Made by a program: the position numbers and the translations under genes
The notes under the pieces: model-generated
Database searches by the model: none
The model's input: only the letters and a program-made list of their open reading frames with translations
What the model was told of the DNA's origin: nothing
Shown: positions 58,465 through 64,000 of the stretch, piece after piece
How the letters are laid out: each line of letters begins with the position of its first letter
Numbering within the stretch: position 1 is the first letter of the stretch
NCBI RefSeq assembly: GCF_963921235.1
Contig: NC_086106.1
Coordinates: 17,422,001-17,486,000 of the forward strand
Length of the DNA stretch: 64,000 nt
Direction of reading: 5' to 3'
From: Mobula hypostoma
Lineage: Eukaryota

Positions 58465-59492
58465 TGTCACGACCACGGATTTGGCAGTGCAGCAGATACG
58501 GCAAATGCGCTCCGTGTCAGCGAATTATAATTTCATTGTGATAGTATTTAACTCCATTCATCCCGTCGTAGTATTTGTCGAGACTTGGACATGAACCCAG
58601 GACACAGCAATGCTTCGCTGCCTATCTTGTATTTTGCCTTGACTGACAAACTGGACGGTCGAGTCAACTGACTCTGAAGACTAACGGTATTGGTTTTATA
58701 ACCACATAACAATTACAGCACGGAAACAGGCCATCTCGGCCCTTCTGGTCCGCGCCGAATGCTTACTCTCACCTAGACCCACCGACCTGCACTCAGCCCA
58801 TAAACCTCCATTCCTTTCCTGTCCATATATCTGTCCAATTTAACTTTAAATGACAACATCAAACCTGCCTCAGCCACTTCTGCTGGAAGCTCGTTCCACA
58901 CAGCTACCACTCTCTGAGTAAAGAAGTTCCCCCCCATGTTACCCCTAAACTTTTGCCCTAACTCTCAACTCATGTCCCCTTGTTTGAATCTCCCCCACTC
59001 TCAATGGAAAAAGCCTATGTCAACTCTATCAATCCCCCTCATAATTTTAAATACCTCTATCAAGTCCCCACTCAACCTTCTACGTTCTAAAGAATAAAGA
59101 CCCAACTTGTTCAACCTTTCTCTGTAACTTAGGTGATGAAACCCAGGTAACATTCTAGTAAATCTTCTCTGTACTCTCTCTATTTTGTTGACATCTTTCC
59201 TATAATTCAGTGACCAGAACTGTACACAGTGCTCCAAATTTGGCCTCACCAATGCCTTGTACAATTTCAACATTACATCCTTTATTCTGATAAGAATTTT
59301 ATTCTTAGTTGTTCTTTTCAGCTGCGGTGTAGGCTTCCTTTTCCATTTGTGAGCTTTAGTTAACGGCCCTGTTTAGCCTCGCGTTTATTGTTTATTTTTC
59401 CCTTTAACACTGTTTGTATTAAAGTCTGTGAATTATCGACCTGTTTCGGTGTCTCTCACTCCGCACTTGGGCCGTACCCGAACCTGGTGACA
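58465..59492. mobile_element. Solo LTR split by a CR1 insertion
   Basis: TGTCAC...GTGACA termini with a 5-bp TSD CAACC (58460 and 59493). Confidence 0.75.
58698..59280 (-). mobile_element. CR1 3' end
   Basis: LYKALVRPNLEHCVQFWS...RVQRRFTRMLPG. Confidence 0.85.
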
Positions 59493-60364
59493 CAACCAAA
59501 GTGCGAAAGAAGGCAAATAAAAAAAAAGTCAATCAATAAACAGTGTTAGGAATTTTGTGGAATCAATAAAAGTGAGTCCGTAGCTTGTGGAACCAGTTCA
59601 GAGCTGCGGTGAGTGAAATCACGCACTCTGGTTCAATAGCCTGATGCTCTCTGCTCCTGAGGTCTGCCGGTGCGGGTCCCGAGGCCCCCGTACTTCCTGC
59701 CAGACAGCAGAGAGCGTGGCCTGGATGCTGGGACCCTTGCTGACTTTGAGGAATGAACTCAGCAGACAGAGCTGTATCCGTGAAGCTGCCTAACCTCCCC
59801 CCCGCACCCCCCACACCGTCGACACGCTCGCCACTGACGACACGGTGGCCCAGTCAGCGTACAGGAGCAAGTTGGGACGTTAGGTAGAGCGAAGCCTCAA
59901 CTCCAACCACTCACTGTGCCAGTAAACTTCAGAATGGGCAGGTTGGGAGACCTGAGCTGATCAGCCGGCCGGAGTGTTCACTGAGATCTGTAACCTCTCA
60001 CTTCGGCAGTCTGAGCTACCCACCTGCTTCAATCACACCACTGCCCAAGGAGCCCATGGTGACTATCGTCCGGTAGCACTTACATCCACTGAAATGAAGT
60101 GGTCTGAGAGGTTCAATACAATCATCCCCTCAAAGGTACATTTAATGTCAGAGAAATGTATACAATATACATCCTGAAATGCTTTTTCTTCCCAACCATC
60201 CCTGAAAACAGAGGAGTGCCCCCAAAGAATGAATGACAGTTAAATGTTAGAGCCCCCAAAGCCCATCCCCCCGCTCCCCTCCCTCCCGCGCGTAAGCAAC
60301 GATTTCCCCCCTCCCCCCACCCGCCACCGAGCACCCAAGCGTGAGCAAAGCAACGGCAAAGACA

Positions 60365-61067
60365 AAGTCGCCTGGGGTGATATACTGCGTCCGGTGCTCC
60401 CGATGTGGCCTTTTATATATCGACGAGACCCGACGCAGACTGGGAGACCGCTTTGCTGAACACCTACGCTCTGTCCGCCAGAGAAAGCAGGATCTCCCAG
60501 TGGCCACACATTTTAATTCCACGTCCCATTCCCATTCTGACATGTCTATCCACGGCCTCCTCTACTGTAAAGATGAAGCCACACTCGGGTTGGAGGAACA
60601 ATACCTTATATTCCATCTGGGTAGCCTCCAACCTGATGGCATGAACATTGACTTCTCTAACTTCCGCTAATGCCCCACCTCCCCTTGGTACCCCATCCGT
60701 TATTTATTTATTTATCCCCCCCCTCTCCTTTTTCTCCCTTTGTCCCTCTCACTATACCCCTTGCCCATCCTCTGGGTTCCCCCCTCCCACTTTTCTTTCT
60801 TCCTGGGCCTCCTGATGATCCTCTCACATCCCTTTTGCCAATCACCTGTCCAGCTCTTGGCTCCATCCCTCCCCCTCCTGTCTTTCGTATCATTTTGGAT
60901 CTCCCCCTCCCCCTCCCACTTTCAAATCTCTTACTGAACTCTTCCTTTAGTTAGTCCCGAAACGCCGACTGTACCTCTTCCTAGAGATGCTGCCTGGCCT
61001 GCTGCGTTCACCAGCGTTTTGTGTGTGTTGCTTGAAATTCCTGCATCTGCAGGTTTCCTCGTGTTTG
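60365..61067 (+). mobile_element. Penelope-like element: GIY-YIG endonuclease C-terminus plus pLTR
   Basis: GVIYCVRCSRCGLLYIDETRRRLGDRFAEH...HFN...EQYLIFHLGSLQPDGMN (to 60670); the hammerhead core is deleted at ~60957. Confidence 0.88.
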
Positions 61068-61224
61068 AGCAAAGCCACACACTTGTAGTACTCCAAAGAC
61101 TACTTGTTCACCCGGCATTGGACATGCCACAGGCTCGCTCTCTCCCTAATAGGGGAGAAAGAGATGTCTCCGTTTCACAGCGAGACGGAGACATAACAAA
61201 CAACACTCTGGTTTATCAATAAGC

Positions 61225-62235
61225 TTATTGACATCAAAGTTATCAATAAGCTTCAAGACTTTGGCTTCAATACCTCCCTGTGTAACGGGATCCTCTATTT
61301 CCTCAGTCAGTTGGGATTGGCAACAACATCTCCACGATCTCCATCAGCACAGGCGCACCACCGGGCTGTGTGCTTGGCCCCCCCGCTCGACTCGCTTTGC
61401 ACTTATGACCAATCAGGAGGGAGAAAATCTGGCTGAGCGGTGTCACAACAACAACCTCATTGGAGCCAGTCCTCATCGGAGGATCAGAGGTGGGGAAGGT
61501 CAGCAACTTTAAAATCCTCGGTGTTCTCATTTCGGAGCACCTGTCCTGGGTCAAGCACGTTAGTACAATTACGAAGAAATCATGGCAGCACCTCTAGTTC
61601 CTGAGAAGCTTGCAAAAAAAAATAAATAAATAAATCAGCTTGACATCTAAAACTTTGACAAACTTTTTTGGATGGAGAGTATATTGACTATTTGCATCAG
61701 AGCCTGGTATAGAAACACTAATGCCCTTGAACGGAAAATCTTACAAAAAGTAGTGAATATCGTCCAGTCCATTATGGGTAGAGCCCTTCCCAGCATTGAA
61801 CACACCTACACAGTGTGTTGTTGCAGGAAGGCAGCACCCATCATTAGGAACTCTCAGCACCCAGGACACGCTCTCTCCTCCCAGCTGCCATCAGGAGCAA
61901 GGTACAGGAGCCTCGGGACTCACACCCCCAGGTTCAGGGATAGTTATTACCCCACAACCATCAGGCTCTTGAATCAGAGGGGATAATTTCACTCGACTGT
62001 TCCCACAACCTATGGAGTCAGTTTTAAGGGCTGTTTATCTCACGTACTCAATACTTATTGTTTGTTTATTTGTATTTACACAGTTTATTGTCTATCGCAC
62101 ATTGGCTGTTTGTCCGTCCTTTTGCAGTGGGTGCAGTCCTATTGTGTTTCTTGCATTTACCGAGTACAGCCGCAAGAAAACGGTTTGTATCTGGTGATAC
62201 GTACGTAGTTTGATAATGAATGTACTTTGCACTTT
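61225..62235 (+). mobile_element. Rex1/Babar LINE 3' remnant
   Basis: ESILTICIRAWY...HPGHALSSQLPSGARYRSL...RFRDSYYP. Confidence 0.78.
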
Positions 62236-62484
62236 GGTCTAAACCACTGAATGGTTGCGTAGCTCACAAGTTGGACTATCGACCTCGCTATCTACCTCGT
62301 TATGACCTTGCACCGCATTGTCTCCCTGTGGCGCAGTTTTCTGCTCTTGTTGCCCTTGCTTCTGTTCCACAGTGCGCTGTGCAATGATTTATAAACTGCA
62401 TGCGAGTTAAACCTGCATCGCGGTACACGTAACAACCGATACTGGGTCCTTTGATGTACGACCAGCGCCGGCAACTTGCCCAGC

Positions 62485-63050
62485 CGACCCATGAATCAAC
62501 GGGCCCCGGGTACGCCCCTCGGCCGTCCAATTAATTGGACGACAAACAGAAAGCTGAGCCCGGCCTGTGCTCGGGATTGGTGAAGCGCACTGTCAATCAG
62601 GGGCTACGCGCAGGGAGTTCCGAAGCGTCACAGTGAGGGGCGGGCGCGGTGATCACGTGGGGTGTCGATTCGGCCAACGGGCTGCGGCGGCGCCTGCTTC
62701 CCGGTTGTGCGGCCCATCTGGTCCGGATTTTCCCACGGATTCCCCCCGCCCCGCGCCCGTCCCCGTTGGCGATTCCCGCCCCGCCGCTGTGTGGGAGCCC
62801 GCAGCCGGGGCCTGTCCACCGCGCAGGTTCCGGGGCGGGTGGTTTACACTGGAGCGAGGGGGGTGGGGGCCCGTACACCCGAGCATGCGCACTGCCCTCG
62901 GTAAGTCTCCTTGCGGTGCGGAGCTCGCTGTCTGGTCACATAGAGCTGTTTGTGGCCCGCTGGGCATTGTGGGAAAAGTGTCCGCCATCCTTTTGTAGCA
63001 GAGCAAGACAATCCATGTCCGGCAGTATTTCTGCTGATTAAACTTTACCT
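62485..63050 (+). promoter_or_regulatory. Promoter module, unit F
   Basis: CCAATTAATTGG, GATTGG, GCGTCAC, GGGGCGGGCG, ATCACGTG, GAGCATGCGCACT, donor CG|GTAAGT (62901), GCATTGTGGGAA (62964) and CCGCCATC. Confidence 0.8.
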
Positions 63051-63617
63051 ACTTGTCCTGAGTAGTTTGATTTCAAGTCTGTTTAGCGCCTGTATTTACT
63101 CCCACCTCCTTTAATATTCCAGACTATTATGCCTTTGAGCAGAGGACAGATATAAATTTGTCCTCTGCTCAAAGAAAGCTGGGGGAAAAGAAAACTTATA
63201 TGGCTTTGAGACGCGGAACCATATATAACGTGATAGGGGACGCGATCTTCGGCACAGTGGTACAAGTTTTGATTTATTACTGTCACTTCTACTGAAATAT
63301 GTGAAAAAGGTTTTGTGTGTGTGCCATCCAGACAGATCATGCTGTACACGAGGTGTTAAAACAGAATTGTGTATTGCAATTTCAGAGAAAAACTGTAAAA
63401 TTTACTTCCGAGAACCTATAATTGAGAAGCCTTCTGTTTGTCCTTTCAGGTATCACCGACTCTGCTGAGAAAGATTGTTTTGTATGAGATCTCCACAGCA
63501 GCTCGCAGAGCATAAGTGGGGCATCAGAGCAGAGAAAGTTAAGAGCAAACATTCACACCAAGATCCTTCAGAGTGACGTGGGAGTGCCGGGATTTGACTG
63601 ACAGTGGCCACCACACG

Positions 63618-64000
63618 ATGGAAGAATTGCCCAACGACATTCTAGTGGACATACCTGCATCTGAGGAGGATGGAAGTGTGCAAATGACCAGGCCCGCCAG
63701 GGAGGGCCCGTTGCCCTGCACGCTGTGCGGGAAGGTGTTCGCCTACCAGTCCACGCTGCGGCGCCACTGGCTGGCCCACAGTGAGATCCGGCCCTTCATC
63801 TGCGACGTCTGCGGCAAGGCCTACAAGAGCAGCCAGGACCGCTCGCGGCACCGGCGGATCCACACCGGGGAGAGGATCGTCACCTGCCCCGAGTGCGGTA
63901 AGGCCTTCACCCACTTCTCGCACCTGCAGGCCCACCTGCGCACCCACACCGGCGAGCGGCCCTTCTCCTGCCCGGAGTGCGGCAAGGCCTTCGGCCACTC
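63618..64000 (+). CDS. C2H2 zinc-finger protein, 5' part (unit F, runs off the window)
   Basis: Hand translation gives MEELPNDILVDIPASEEDG...CTLCGKVFAYQSTLRRHWLAH...CDVC...CPEC...CPEC with no stop; acceptor TTTCAG at 63449. Not in the ORF track because it has no stop. Confidence 0.9.
   Translation, partial: MEELPNDILVDIPASEEDGSVQMTRPAREGPLPCTLCGKVFAYQSTLRRHWLAHSEIRPFICDVCGKAYKSSQDRSRHRRIHTGERIVTCPECGKAFTHFSHLQAHLRTHTGERPFSCPECGKAFGH

Overview
This is eukaryotic, repeat-dense vertebrate DNA. The repeat mix (V-SINE, CORE-type SINE, CR1, Rex1/Babar, Penelope, L1) suggests a cartilaginous fish such as a ray, but that is inference. The window holds a cluster of six paralogous units (A-F), each built from a shared CpG-island promoter module, a 5'-UTR intron and one coding exon for a KRAB-less poly-C2H2 zinc-finger protein. 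Three units point left: A (only its promoter and intron are in the window), B (pseudogene, ~9.0-11.6 kb) and C (19303-20679, 15 fingers, intron apparently lost). Three point right: D (35966-36976, 11 fingers), E (47675-48586, 10 fingers) and F (from 63618, running off the edge). Spacers are nested TE debris. The two strongest signals are (i) the actively remodelled ZNF cluster, with a shared promoter grammar and a short N-terminal P-x-D-[IV] motif instead of KRAB, and (ii) about 13 Penelope-derived copies of a minimal type-I hammerhead ribozyme motif, including a 221-bp fold-back mini-element with an intact core between 16-bp target-site duplications. Repeat boundaries are approximate and read by eye.
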